The position numbers and the translations under genes are program-made. Below, piece after piece: positions 50,087 through 59,431 of a stretch of 64,000 nt of DNA. Under the pieces are notes generated by a model that was not told the origin of the DNA, did not search any database, and was given only the letters and a program-made list of their open reading frames with translations. Each line of letters starts with the position of its first letter. The first letter of the stretch is position 1. Source of the stretch: a virus; IMG/VR virus record IMGVR_UViG_3300050026_000388, positions 38,176 to 102,175 of that record. One strand, 5' to 3'.

Positions 50087-50569
50087 ATGACATCATATGA
50101 TGCACAACACACGTACACCATTGGAGTTACACCATACTACTTCGTTGACGTTACCAAAGGCGTGCAAGACATAACAACAACGTACAGTGCCGATTTGACG
50201 GCTGTTGGTACTATCCCAACATTCGACACTATCAACACCGGCACCGAAGCTGGACCTACACCCGCCGCTGGAAATAAAGGCGACAGTTTTCAGAATAGCG
50301 GACGTGAGTTCGTATATATCAAGAACGCAGATGCAGTAAATCCACTCACGGTCAGATTCATTGACCAAAGCTTCTGTGACCATGACTTCGAACACGACGT
50401 TATAGCCACTGTGCCTACTAGTAACGGAAAGTTCTTCGGCCCGTTCCCTGTGAATTGGTTCACGGGGGTATGTTTGATTTGCTATGGCACACCGCCAACG
50501 CAAAGCACGGTAACGACCGCGACCATAGGCGTTTTCCTCCCCGAAAGTGGAGCTGGAGCTAAAGCGTAA
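50087..50569 (+). CDS. Tail-associated beta protein (paralogue 2)
   Basis: KGDSFQNSGREFVYIKN...DQSFCDHDFEHDV...GPFPVNWF; GGAGGTGA RBS. Confidence 0.65.
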   Translation: MTSYDAQHTYTIGVTPYYFVDVTKGVQDITTTYSADLTAVGTIPTFDTINTGTEAGPTPAAGNKGDSFQNSGREFVYIKNADAVNPLTVRFIDQSFCDHDFEHDVIATVPTSNGKFFGPFPVNWFTGVCLICYGTPPTQSTVTTATIGVFLPESGAGAKA

Positions 50570-50587
50570 ATCGTAAAATGAAAAAAT

Positions 50588-50617
50588 GGGCGCTAATTTG
50601 GCGCCCCCTACTTTATT
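50588..50617 (+). terminator. GC-rich hairpin after tail tube operon
   Basis: GGGCGCT-AATTT-GGCGCCC then CTACTTTATT. Confidence 0.45.
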
Positions 50618-50639
50618 ATAAAGGTGAAAAAAGATTAAA

Positions 50640-51134
50640 ATGGCTAAAGTAAAAAGTGTTAGACATGGTTATGTAGAAGTAGACATCGACAAGGAACGCA
50701 AGTTCCTAGATATGCCAAAGAACGAACCGATTTATCTCAAGTATAACTATAACGCCATAGGCGACGCCGACAGAGAAATGAAACAGTTCGGCTCGTCGAC
50801 GTTGTTAATCTTCACGAACCCGCGTTCAATTGGAACAGATGATGTTCGCATACTGCTTGGTGCAGGGTTGCGCCATCAGTTTCCGGGCATCACCACGCAG
50901 GTTGCTGGCGAGATTATGGACGGCGAGAAGTTCCCGTCAGTGCTAATAAAGATTATGGAAGCACTGTCATACGGAATGGAAGGCTGGTTCGAAGGCGACG
51001 CCGCGCAGGATGTTAAGGACATGCGCTTACGCGCAGTAGCGGTAGATGGGACAGAAGAGGCTGAAGAAGCCGGAGCAGAAGGTAAAGAAGAAGGGGCAAA
51101 GGCCGCAGGCACGGTCAAAGCGGCAAAAAAGTAG
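50640..51134 (+). CDS. Tail assembly chaperone (lambda gpG-like)
   Basis: LKYNYNAI...VRILLGAGL; ends in slippery A AAA AAG TAG. Confidence 0.85.
   Translation: MAKVKSVRHGYVEVDIDKERKFLDMPKNEPIYLKYNYNAIGDADREMKQFGSSTLLIFTNPRSIGTDDVRILLGAGLRHQFPGITTQVAGEIMDGEKFPSVLIKIMEALSYGMEGWFEGDAAQDVKDMRLRAVAVDGTEEAEEAGAEGKEEGAKAAGTVKAAKK
51125..51131 (+). promoter_or_regulatory. Programmed -1 ribosomal frameshift site A_AAA_AAG
   Basis: In-frame heptamer directly before the stop; -1 frame open to 51649. Confidence 0.85.
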
Positions 51135-51649
51135 CGTTCAACTTCAAGAACCTGCTTGAAATTGCGTGCGGGCCGTTGCAGCTCACACCTGAGCAGTTCT
51201 GGGAGTTGACCCCCTACGAGTTCATGCTACTCTACGAGGGATACCAGGCGCGCAAGAAAGACCAAGAATATCTTGTCGCATGGCAAACCGCGTTACTCTT
51301 GAACGCTTGGCGCGGGGACGAAAAAGCCCACATCATTGAAGTTGCCGACCTGCTGCCGTGGGTGGCAAAGGCACAGAAGAAGATTCTGCATGAGAAAGCT
51401 CGCGGAGCGCCAATAAAACAGGCAGAATCGATAAAACCCGCAGAAAAACCGAAACCCGCAGAAAGCGCCGTGGATAAAGCCGTGAAGAAATATGCACTGT
51501 TGAAAGGCATAAACCTTGACGAACTTACACCTGAAGAACTCGCAGATTTAACGGCGGACGCGATAAACAACGAGGCAGGCGGGATATTCGGAAAAGCACC
51601 GACGGGGTGGCGCTTCCCGACAGAGCCGACGACAGAGGTAGTAAAATAA
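51128..51649 (+). CDS. Tail assembly chaperone frameshift extension (gpGT-like)
   Basis: LQLTPEQFWELTPYEF motif; no good own start, reached by -1 shift. Confidence 0.85.
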   Translation, partial: KVAFNFKNLLEIACGPLQLTPEQFWELTPYEFMLLYEGYQARKKDQEYLVAWQTALLLNAWRGDEKAHIIEVADLLPWVAKAQKKILHEKARGAPIKQAESIKPAEKPKPAESAVDKAVKKYALLKGINLDELTPEELADLTADAINNEAGGIFGKAPTGWRFPTEPTTEVVK

Positions 51650-51822
51650 TGGTCGCACATCACGCAACCGTAAAGGCGGCGCACCACGCGCAAGCCGCTA
51701 AAGTGAAAAAAGCACCGGCAACGCACCACGCTATGAAGGCAGCCGTCCACCACGCAACGGCTGCTAAGAATAAAACAGTCGCTAAACCTGCTATAAAGGT
51801 AACGGCGAAAACTAAGAAGTAG
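51649..51822 (+). CDS. 57-aa His/Lys/Ala-rich basic protein
   Basis: TAATG-coupled start, GAGG RBS; four HHA units, no acidic residues. Confidence 0.65.
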   Translation: MVAHHATVKAAHHAQAAKVKKAPATHHAMKAAVHHATAAKNKTVAKPAIKVTAKTKK

Positions 51823-51833
51823 GTAAAGAAAGA

Positions 51834-54800
51834 ATGGTAGGCTCATTGGCAGATTTGATGGTGACTATATCCGGGAATGCGTCCGGCCTTAAAGCCGCCC
51901 TCGGCGAAGCGGAAACGAGCACGGCATCGTTCGGCTCCAAGCTAGGTAGCGCGGCTAGTCTGGGTGCCGCCGGGTTCGGCGCCGCAGCCGTAGCTGTCGG
52001 CGCTTTCGCCATGAAGTCTGCCGCTGATGTTGGTGGTGCCTACAAAGATATAGAAAAACAGACCGGCCAAACGGGGGCCTCCCTTGATGCGCTTAAAGGT
52101 AACTTTAGGGATGTATTCTCAAACGTTCCTGAAGACGCGGGTACTGTTTCTACTGCGTTGAGTGATGTTTACGACAAGAGTAAAACCCTCAACGGCGGGG
52201 TGGTGCTAACCGGTCAAGGACTAGATACGTTAACCACAAAGTTCCTTAACTGGTCGCGTATCAGTGGGGTCTCAGTTTCATCCTTAGTTGATACAACAAC
52301 CGCATGGGCGGGCGCGTGGCACATGAGCGCTTCGCAAGTCAGCGACTCAATGGATACAGTAGAAAAAGCATCACAGGCGACGCACGAGGATGTTGGTACG
52401 CTTACCTTGGACATACAAAAAATGGCCCCTGCTGCTACACAGCTAGGATTATCATTCAATGAAACTACCGCCGATGTTGCTGGCTTTGAAGAAGCAGGAT
52501 TGAAATCCACTAGCATCACATCCGCGATGAACAAGACGTTTGCCGACGCCACTAAGGCTGGTAAAGATGCTCATACTGAATGGGAACAGGATATCAATAC
52601 ATTAACAAAATACACAACTGCAGTCCAAAGCGGCAATAAAGCCCAAGCGGAGGCTATAACAAAAACTAGCGATTGGAAGCAGGTTACTACCGACTTCTCG
52701 GCTAGGACGCTCACCCAGTTGGTTACCGCCGTCGGCGAAGGCAAGATGGGTGTTGCCGACTTGAACAAAATGCTGGAAAACAGCAGCGGTGACATCAACA
52801 AGACGGCCGGCGACACTAAAACTTTCTCACAAAATCTTGCAGAGTTTAAGAATAAATTAGAAGTCGCATTTGCACCGTTAGGCACAGTAATATTCACTCT
52901 TCTCAATAACTTACTATCCGCGATAACCCCCCTTATTCCTATCATCACTGCGTTGGTTAGCGCATTCGCCGCGGTGCCTGCACCAATACAGCTAGTCGTC
53001 ATGGCGGGCGCAGCGCTTCTCGGCGGCGTGGGCGCACTCCAACTTATACTCGGCAAGTTCAACATGAGCATAAGAAGCTTACCAGGTGATATTAATCAAT
53101 TAATCCCAGTAATCAAAAACCTTGCCTCAACAATGATGAGTGTGCCGTCGAAGATTATGAGTTTAGGTGGTGGTGCCGGCCAGGGTGCTGCAGAGACGGA
53201 AGCCGAAGCCGTCGCGTGGCAAGGGGTAACTGCATCGGAAGCCGAAGCAACCCTGGGTGCGGCGGAGTATGCCGCGGCTCAGGCAGGGGTAGGGGTGGAA
53301 ACCGAGGCCGAGATGGTAGCTTGGCAAGGGATTACTGCATCCGAAATCGAAGCTGCCGGTGGTGCTGAAGCATTTGCTGCGGCTCAGGCATCAGCTGCTG
53401 CAGCCATAGGAGCAACAGACGTAGCAGCGGGCGTTGAAGACACAGAAATTGCTGCTGGGACACTAGGCGAAACGCTAATGGCGGCCGCTGCGTGGGCTGC
53501 ATCAATCCCTATAATGATTGTGGAATCTCCTTTACTAATAATAGTCGCTGCTGTTGCGGCAATCGTCGCCGGTTTTGTTCTTCTCTATGCAACATCAAGT
53601 ACATTTAGGGATATGGTTGGGGGGATTCTTAACGCCATCCAGCAAGTAGTCGGGTGGGTTGAAAAACTCGTTGGCGCGCTGATGTCCGGTAACTTCTCGC
53701 AGGCAGGCGACTTACTCAAGCAGGGGTTCCAAGGCGCGATTGATGCTATATCACATTTCGACTTTGGTGCGTGGGCCGGCAAGATGGTCACAAGCGTCCA
53801 AGAATCTGTAGGGACTATATCGGGTTTAATCGGCGGCGCTTTTGATAAGCTTAAGAATATTGATTGGGGTGGTATGTTCGCGGGCATGCTTGATTCACTT
53901 GATAATGCCCTCACTGGCTTCCTGACCACGCTTGAAAATTCTGACTGGTCTGGGATGGTCACTAATCTTATTAATGCCATTGGCGGTGCGTTTGATTCGT
54001 TATTTGGTGGGGGTGATACTAGCGGAGCAGGCGGAACCGTATCTAAGGGTATGAGTACTGGACTATCGGCTGGAGTAACAAAGGCCGGACCGGACATAAT
54101 TGGCAAACTAGGTGATGTACTCAAGAAACTACTAGAAATCGCCCCTGAAATATTCTATAAAATCGGAACGGCGCTACTTGAAGCTCTCGGAAAAGTAGAC
54201 TGGGGAACGGTCTTTAATGAGGTAGGCAGAGTTCTCGTCAAAGCGCTGAAGGCAGCATTGGGAGAAGTAGCAACCGCCGCGCTTGAAGCGATAGGTGGTG
54301 CGCTCGGTGGCGCCGGCGGCGCTATTGGTGGCGCGTTTAGTGGTATTGGTGCGGCTATTAGCAGTGCGATAGGTGGCGCGTTGAGCAGCGCGGGTGGCGC
54401 TCTTGGCGGCATCGGTGACTCAATCAAGAACTCAATCGTAGGCGCGCTCAGCGGCATCGGCGGCATATTAAGCAGCGCATTCGCTGGGGCGGGTAGCGCC
54501 CTCGGAAACATCGGCAACACATTAAAGAACGCCGTAAGCGGCTTCGGTCAATGGCTCTACGACGCGGCGATTAATAACTTCCAATTTGCCACTAAATTCT
54601 ATCAGAGCCTATACAACACCGCACGGACGTATATGGGTGGTATAGGAAAATGGTTGTATGATGCGATTATGACCCTCTACCAGTTCGACGTGAAGTTCTT
54701 TACTCAGTTGATGAACCAGGCCAAGAACTTCATGGGCGGCGTCGGTAAATGGTTCTATGATGCCGCCATAAGCGCGTTCCAGTTTGATGTTAAATTGTTC

Positions 54801-57800
54801 CAAGCGGTTATAGATGCCTTTGCAACGTTTGGCGATAAGTTATGGGATTTGGTAAAGGATTTAGGCGGCAAACTAAAAGCCGATGTGTGGGATAAACTTG
54901 CAGCGTTTGGCACTTGGTTGATTCAACAAGCCGCCTCAATCGGCCAGAAAATACATGATTGGATATGGGGGCCATTAGCAGCATTTGGCGGCTGGATTAT
55001 TGACCAATTATCATCAATCGGTCAAAAGATACACGATTGGATATGGGGGCCGCTGGCAGCGTTTGGCGGCTGGATTATACAACAGGCAGCAGATATAGGC
55101 ACTAAAATTTGGGCGTGGATTCAGAGTGCCGTTGGCACCTTCGGCTCGTGGCTCGAGGGGCTAGTCAGCGGAATCGGAACTAAGATTTATGGGTATATTA
55201 CGGGTGCAGTAGGTGGGTTCGGCACGTGGCTTGGTGGCCTCGTAACAGGGATAGGCTCAACAATATACTCTAGTATTACTGGTGCGGTTGGCGGCTTTGG
55301 CACATTTTTAATTAACCAACTCACAGGCATTGGACAATCGCTTCTTAATGATATAACGAATGTGGACTGGGGTTCGTTAGGTAGCACCGTCGCTAACGCG
55401 CTGAAGAACGCCTTAACCAACACCTCCATTTCAGTAGATACGCATATCCCTGGTGTTGGGGTTGTATCAATCACCCTAGCGGCTGGCGGTATCGCTGATA
55501 GTGGCACATTAGCACTCATCGGTGAAGCCGGCCCCGAAGCAGTTATCCCGCAGAGCATGTGGGGTGGGGTGGACCCTAAGATACTCGCGTCCTTACCACA
55601 TTACGGTAGCGGCGCAGTTGTCGGTTCTTCTAGCGCTGGAAACATCTACGGCGCGGATAACACCGTCGACTCATTTGGATTAACCCCTGCGATGCGGGAA
55701 ATCGCAAACCTCAACGCTAAGGAGGTCGATAGCACCGGTCAGCTTGTCACCAATAGCGCTCAGACGGACACCCTATTAACTACATTTACTAGTGGGCAGA
55801 CGGTTAGTGCGGTGATGGCCGCGGCAAATACTAGCGCAACCCAGATTGCCGCTGCCGCGACGAGTACTACTGCTGCGGTTACTACCAGCACAGCCACCAA
55901 CACTACCGATTTAACAGCTCTCCAAGCCGCCACCACTACCGATTTAACATCCATCCAAACCGCTATAACCACGGGGGTAGCGTCTATTACTACTGCCTTG
56001 ACAAGCGCATTAGACCAAATAAAGAGTAGTATTGCCAGCGGACTAGCGAGTATCCAGAGCGGTATCAATAGTGGGCTAGCGAGCGTACAAAACGCTATTG
56101 CAAGCATTAAAAGTAGTGGCGGTACTACTGGTGGTACATCAACTGGCACGAGTTATACAGGTGGTACAACCAGCAGCGGCGACACCAGCGGCGGCGGCAC
56201 AAGCAGCGGTGACACTAGCGGCGGCACAAGCAGCGGCACCTGCTCAACGTGCGGCCTAAGCAGCGGCAGCAGCGGCACAAGCAGTGGCACAAGCAGTGGC
56301 ACAAGCAGTGGCAGTAGCGGTAGCATCGGCAGTAGCGGTAGCAGCGGCAGCAGCGGCACAAGCAGCGGCAGCGGCATCGTACTATATGTCGGGTCACAAT
56401 GTCCGCACTGTGCATCATTAGAATCATCGTTATCCGCAGCCGGTATTCCATTCACAACAGTGGTCGACCCTTCAAGTTTGCCAAGCGGGGGCTCAACTGT
56501 TCCTGAAGCGGTAGTAAATGGGCAGGTTATCCCATATGCTGGTGACGATGCTTCAATGGTTGCTGCCGTAAAATCTGCATATACCAGTACTGGCGGCGCG
56601 AATGCGGGTAAAAGCACCAGCGGCGCAACCAGCGGCGCAACCAGCAGCGGCACAAGCAGCGGCAGCAGCGGCAGCGGCAGTAGCGGTGGAAATATCAGCA
56701 TCCCAGTAAGCCCAATAAGTGATGAGTCCTTAAGTGCAAGTTGGGGTGTAACTGATGAAAGTTTACCCACTAGCGCTTCTAGCATATTAGACCAGATGCA
56801 GAAGACATACGGTATAGTATGTTCTACCTGTGGGGTTGCAGCAGATACCACCACACAACAGACAAAAGAAAATACAGAGCTACAACAGTGGTATAAGTTA
56901 CTAAACTCTGGCACCCTGACCGGTCAGCAAAACCAAGTAGCTATCGCACGCATTACGCAACTCCAGTCGATGACCAACGTGCAGGCGCTACAGCAAACTA
57001 ACCTACTAAACACCCAAAACGGCACACAAACGATGAACATCGCCGCTATGAACACGACGGCTGCTAAACTAAACAATCAAATCGGCATAGCGGAGATGGA
57101 GTATGAGGCGCACGGGAACATCAACGACAAATTCACCGTGAGTAATGCCGCGCAGGTGATGGGTAATGGTATTTTATCAGAGATGAACCTTCACGTTAAT
57201 GCGCAGGGCGACCTCGTCAATCAACAAGGAGATATTATCGCCAAAGCCGATGAGCAGTTAAGTGTGAATGAGGTCGCCATACGGGCGCAACAAGCGAATA
57301 TTGCAGATGTTCAGAAACAAGTAGATGCTAACCAACAAGCGGCGATACAGCAGCAAGCGGCGTTTAATACGGCACAGCAGCAAGCGCAAGCATCAGGCGC
57401 GGGTGGTTTTTGGTCCGGTGGTGGCTATACCGACACAGGCACAGGAACCCCTGAAAGCTTAGGAAATGTTGCCGCAGAATCAACTGATGTAGGTGGTAGC
57501 CCCGCAGATAAAACAACTGGTTCATTTGGGTCCGGGTATATCGACACAACAGGGGTGTGGCGGCCGGCAGGAAGTGAGGACCTGTATCCAGCCGCCGCGG
57601 GTGGTGGTATTGTCACTTCTGCCACCACCCTCCTCACCGGAGAAGCAGGCGCAGAAGCAATAATTCCACTCCAAAGCAGTATCGGCACCGACTTCTTCAG
57701 TAATCTATTTTCATCATTAGGGATTACCAATATCCCAGGCGATGTTAATAATACAATGAATACCCTGTTTAGCCAATTATCAAGCGCATTCGGCACAATC

Positions 57801-58745
57801 GCTGGCGGTGTGCAAACTGTTTCTAACCTTTCAGAAGGAACTGATAACTTCGCTAAGAGTTCAGGCAAGCTCAATGAAGGGGTCAACAACCTAACAAACA
57901 GCGTAAGCCAAAACTCAACACAAACGCAAAACGTCGCAACGAGTGCTTCAAACTTCAACAATCAAGTCGTTAACCTGACGTCGCAAGTAAGCGATTTAAG
58001 CAACGTAATAAGCACCATCACGACCACTATAAACGGGGTAACCACAACTAAAACGACTACGGGCGGCGGCGGTGCGACAGCGACAAAGACGGCTGCGACA
58101 AAGACGGCAGCGGCTACACCAACAACAGGAGCAGCAACTAACGCGAGCGCCGTAGTATGGGGCGACAACACATCTACCGTAATAAATGAGGGGGTAAATT
58201 CCGTTGCAACAACAACAGCAAAGACGGCAACCACCGTATCAGACGCATTAGCCCAAGTTGCGGCTTTGAAAGCGACGCTGGCAACGAAACTCGCAGCAGC
58301 ATTGTCAGCAGGAAATGCTGCAGTCTCGGCGGCAACCGCAAAAGTAGCCAACCTCCTTAGCAGCTCTGCTGCCGTTCAATGGACTAGCGGGCAACCATAT
58401 CCTGTTGTTAACGGAGAAACCGTGTACCCCACCGGTGGTGGAACCCCAATGCAGGTAACACAGCACCCAGGAGTACACGTGCTGGGTCAAACTGGCGGCG
58501 TACTCACGCGTGCAACGCGCCTGATGGCCGGCGAGGCTGGCGCTGAGGCGTTGATACCGCTTACCGGTTCAATTGGGGTTAACTTCTTTAAGGATTTGTT
58601 TAAGTCCGCAGGGGTAACGCCGGATTCGAGCGGGGAGAAACATATCCATTACCATATTGACGCTGTGCATGTCGTTGACAATGATGAAGTGAAAAGACAA
58701 ATTTTCAACGCAATGCATGAGCTAGAATTATACAATCACATGTGA
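51834..58745 (+). CDS. Tape measure protein (2303 aa) with embedded glutaredoxin-like domain
   Basis: N-terminal LADLMVTISGNAS, aromatic 11/22-aa repeats, three GEAG.EA.IP motifs, CPHC domain. Confidence 0.93.
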   Translation: MVGSLADLMVTISGNASGLKAALGEAETSTASFGSKLGSAASLGAAGFGAAAVAVGAFAMKSAADVGGAYKDIEKQTGQTGASLDALKGNFRDVFSNVPEDAGTVSTALSDVYDKSKTLNGGVVLTGQGLDTLTTKFLNWSRISGVSVSSLVDTTTAWAGAWHMSASQVSDSMDTVEKASQATHEDVGTLTLDIQKMAPAATQLGLSFNETTADVAGFEEAGLKSTSITSAMNKTFADATKAGKDAHTEWEQDINTLTKYTTAVQSGNKAQAEAITKTSDWKQVTTDFSARTLTQLVTAVGEGKMGVADLNKMLENSSGDINKTAGDTKTFSQNLAEFKNKLEVAFAPLGTVIFTLLNNLLSAITPLIPIITALVSAFAAVPAPIQLVVMAGAALLGGVGALQLILGKFNMSIRSLPGDINQLIPVIKNLASTMMSVPSKIMSLGGGAGQGAAETEAEAVAWQGVTASEAEATLGAAEYAAAQAGVGVETEAEMVAWQGITASEIEAAGGAEAFAAAQASAAAAIGATDVAAGVEDTEIAAGTLGETLMAAAAWAASIPIMIVESPLLIIVAAVAAIVAGFVLLYATSSTFRDMVGGILNAIQQVVGWVEKLVGALMSGNFSQAGDLLKQGFQGAIDAISHFDFGAWAGKMVTSVQESVGTISGLIGGAFDKLKNIDWGGMFAGMLDSLDNALTGFLTTLENSDWSGMVTNLINAIGGAFDSLFGGGDTSGAGGTVSKGMSTGLSAGVTKAGPDIIGKLGDVLKKLLEIAPEIFYKIGTALLEALGKVDWGTVFNEVGRVLVKALKAALGEVATAALEAIGGALGGAGGAIGGAFSGIGAAISSAIGGALSSAGGALGGIGDSIKNSIVGALSGIGGILSSAFAGAGSALGNIGNTLKNAVSGFGQWLYDAAINNFQFATKFYQSLYNTARTYMGGIGKWLYDAIMTLYQFDVKFFTQLMNQAKNFMGGVGKWFYDAAISAFQFDVKLFQAVIDAFATFGDKLWDLVKDLGGKLKADVWDKLAAFGTWLIQQAASIGQKIHDWIWGPLAAFGGWIIDQLSSIGQKIHDWIWGPLAAFGGWIIQQAADIGTKIWAWIQSAVGTFGSWLEGLVSGIGTKIYGYITGAVGGFGTWLGGLVTGIGSTIYSSITGAVGGFGTFLINQLTGIGQSLLNDITNVDWGSLGSTVANALKNALTNTSISVDTHIPGVGVVSITLAAGGIADSGTLALIGEAGPEAVIPQSMWGGVDPKILASLPHYGSGAVVGSSSAGNIYGADNTVDSFGLTPAMREIANLNAKEVDSTGQLVTNSAQTDTLLTTFTSGQTVSAVMAAANTSATQIAAAATSTTAAVTTSTATNTTDLTALQAATTTDLTSIQTAITTGVASITTALTSALDQIKSSIASGLASIQSGINSGLASVQNAIASIKSSGGTTGGTSTGTSYTGGTTSSGDTSGGGTSSGDTSGGTSSGTCSTCGLSSGSSGTSSGTSSGTSSGSSGSIGSSGSSGSSGTSSGSGIVLYVGSQCPHCASLESSLSAAGIPFTTVVDPSSLPSGGSTVPEAVVNGQVIPYAGDDASMVAAVKSAYTSTGGANAGKSTSGATSGATSSGTSSGSSGSGSSGGNISIPVSPISDESLSASWGVTDESLPTSASSILDQMQKTYGIVCSTCGVAADTTTQQTKENTELQQWYKLLNSGTLTGQQNQVAIARITQLQSMTNVQALQQTNLLNTQNGTQTMNIAAMNTTAAKLNNQIGIAEMEYEAHGNINDKFTVSNAAQVMGNGILSEMNLHVNAQGDLVNQQGDIIAKADEQLSVNEVAIRAQQANIADVQKQVDANQQAAIQQQAAFNTAQQQAQASGAGGFWSGGGYTDTGTGTPESLGNVAAESTDVGGSPADKTTGSFGSGYIDTTGVWRPAGSEDLYPAAAGGGIVTSATTLLTGEAGAEAIIPLQSSIGTDFFSNLFSSLGITNIPGDVNNTMNTLFSQLSSAFGTIAGGVQTVSNLSEGTDNFAKSSGKLNEGVNNLTNSVSQNSTQTQNVATSASNFNNQVVNLTSQVSDLSNVISTITTTINGVTTTKTTTGGGGATATKTAATKTAAATPTTGAATNASAVVWGDNTSTVINEGVNSVATTTAKTATTVSDALAQVAALKATLATKLAAALSAGNAAVSAATAKVANLLSSSAAVQWTSGQPYPVVNGETVYPTGGGTPMQVTQHPGVHVLGQTGGVLTRATRLMAGEAGAEALIPLTGSIGVNFFKDLFKSAGVTPDSSGEKHIHYHIDAVHVVDNDEVKRQIFNAMHELELYNHM
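54880..55330 (+). repeat. 22-aa tape-measure repeats
   Basis: IGQKIHDWIWGPLAAFGGWII occurs twice exactly, with degenerate neighbours. Confidence 0.85.
56113..56375 (+). repeat. Gly/Ser/Thr low-complexity linker (AGCAGCGGC-type repeats); second tract at about 56590-56690
   Basis: SSGTSSG repeats flanking the glutaredoxin-like domain. Confidence 0.9.
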
Positions 58746-59431
58746 AATCTTGGACAATGTTTATGATAAATAACGACACATTACCTACTATGAAACTAAG
58801 TGAAATTACTACGCCAAACTTAGCAGAGCGATTTTGGTCTAAAGTTGATAAGGGTGGGGATTGTTGGTTGTGGACGGCCTGCATCAATAACAAAGGATAT
58901 GGGGACTTTAGAGTCCGTAGGCAGACGCTAGCTGCGCCACGCGTCGCGTACCTATTAGAATATGGTGAGATTCCTGATAAGCTTCATGTATGCCATCACT
59001 GTGATAATCGATGCTGTGTGAATCCTAAACACTTGTTTGTAGGAACTAATAACGATAATATCCAAGATTCTGTGAGAAAAGGCCGGCGGAAGGGCCTTCC
59101 GAGAAAGCAGTACCCACATGGTGGGGAACTAAGCCCAGTCTCAAAGCTAACGTGGAATCAAGTTGGTGAGATTCGCTCGCGCTATAGATTAGGAGAAAGC
59201 GCAATTAGATTAGCCAAAGATTACCAATATGACTTATCTGGACTTTATCGTATATTGCGTGGCGAAACTTGGAAAGACCCCAGTTACATACCGATTAAAG
59301 TCAAGTGGCTCACTGAAGAAGAAAAAGAAGACATCCGCTTGCGCAAGAAGTGTGGAGAATCTGCAAAATCTATTGCAAAATTATACAGCCGAAGCATAAA
59401 TCGAGTTTGGCAGGTAGTGAGGGGAAAATGA
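58742..59431 (+). CDS. HNH_3-type homing endonuclease with C-terminal HTH
   Basis: RFWSKVDK..CWLW...VCHHCDNRCCVNPKHLFVGT..DN; start uncertain. Confidence 0.92.
   Translation: MKSWTMFMINNDTLPTMKLSEITTPNLAERFWSKVDKGGDCWLWTACINNKGYGDFRVRRQTLAAPRVAYLLEYGEIPDKLHVCHHCDNRCCVNPKHLFVGTNNDNIQDSVRKGRRKGLPRKQYPHGGELSPVSKLTWNQVGEIRSRYRLGESAIRLAKDYQYDLSGLYRILRGETWKDPSYIPIKVKWLTEEEKEDIRLRKKCGESAKSIAKLYSRSINRVWQVVRGK

Noticed and set aside
56113-56690. AGCAGCGGC repeats as a CRISPR array or non-coding satellite
   Set aside because: In-frame Gly/Ser linker codons with no repeat-spacer structure
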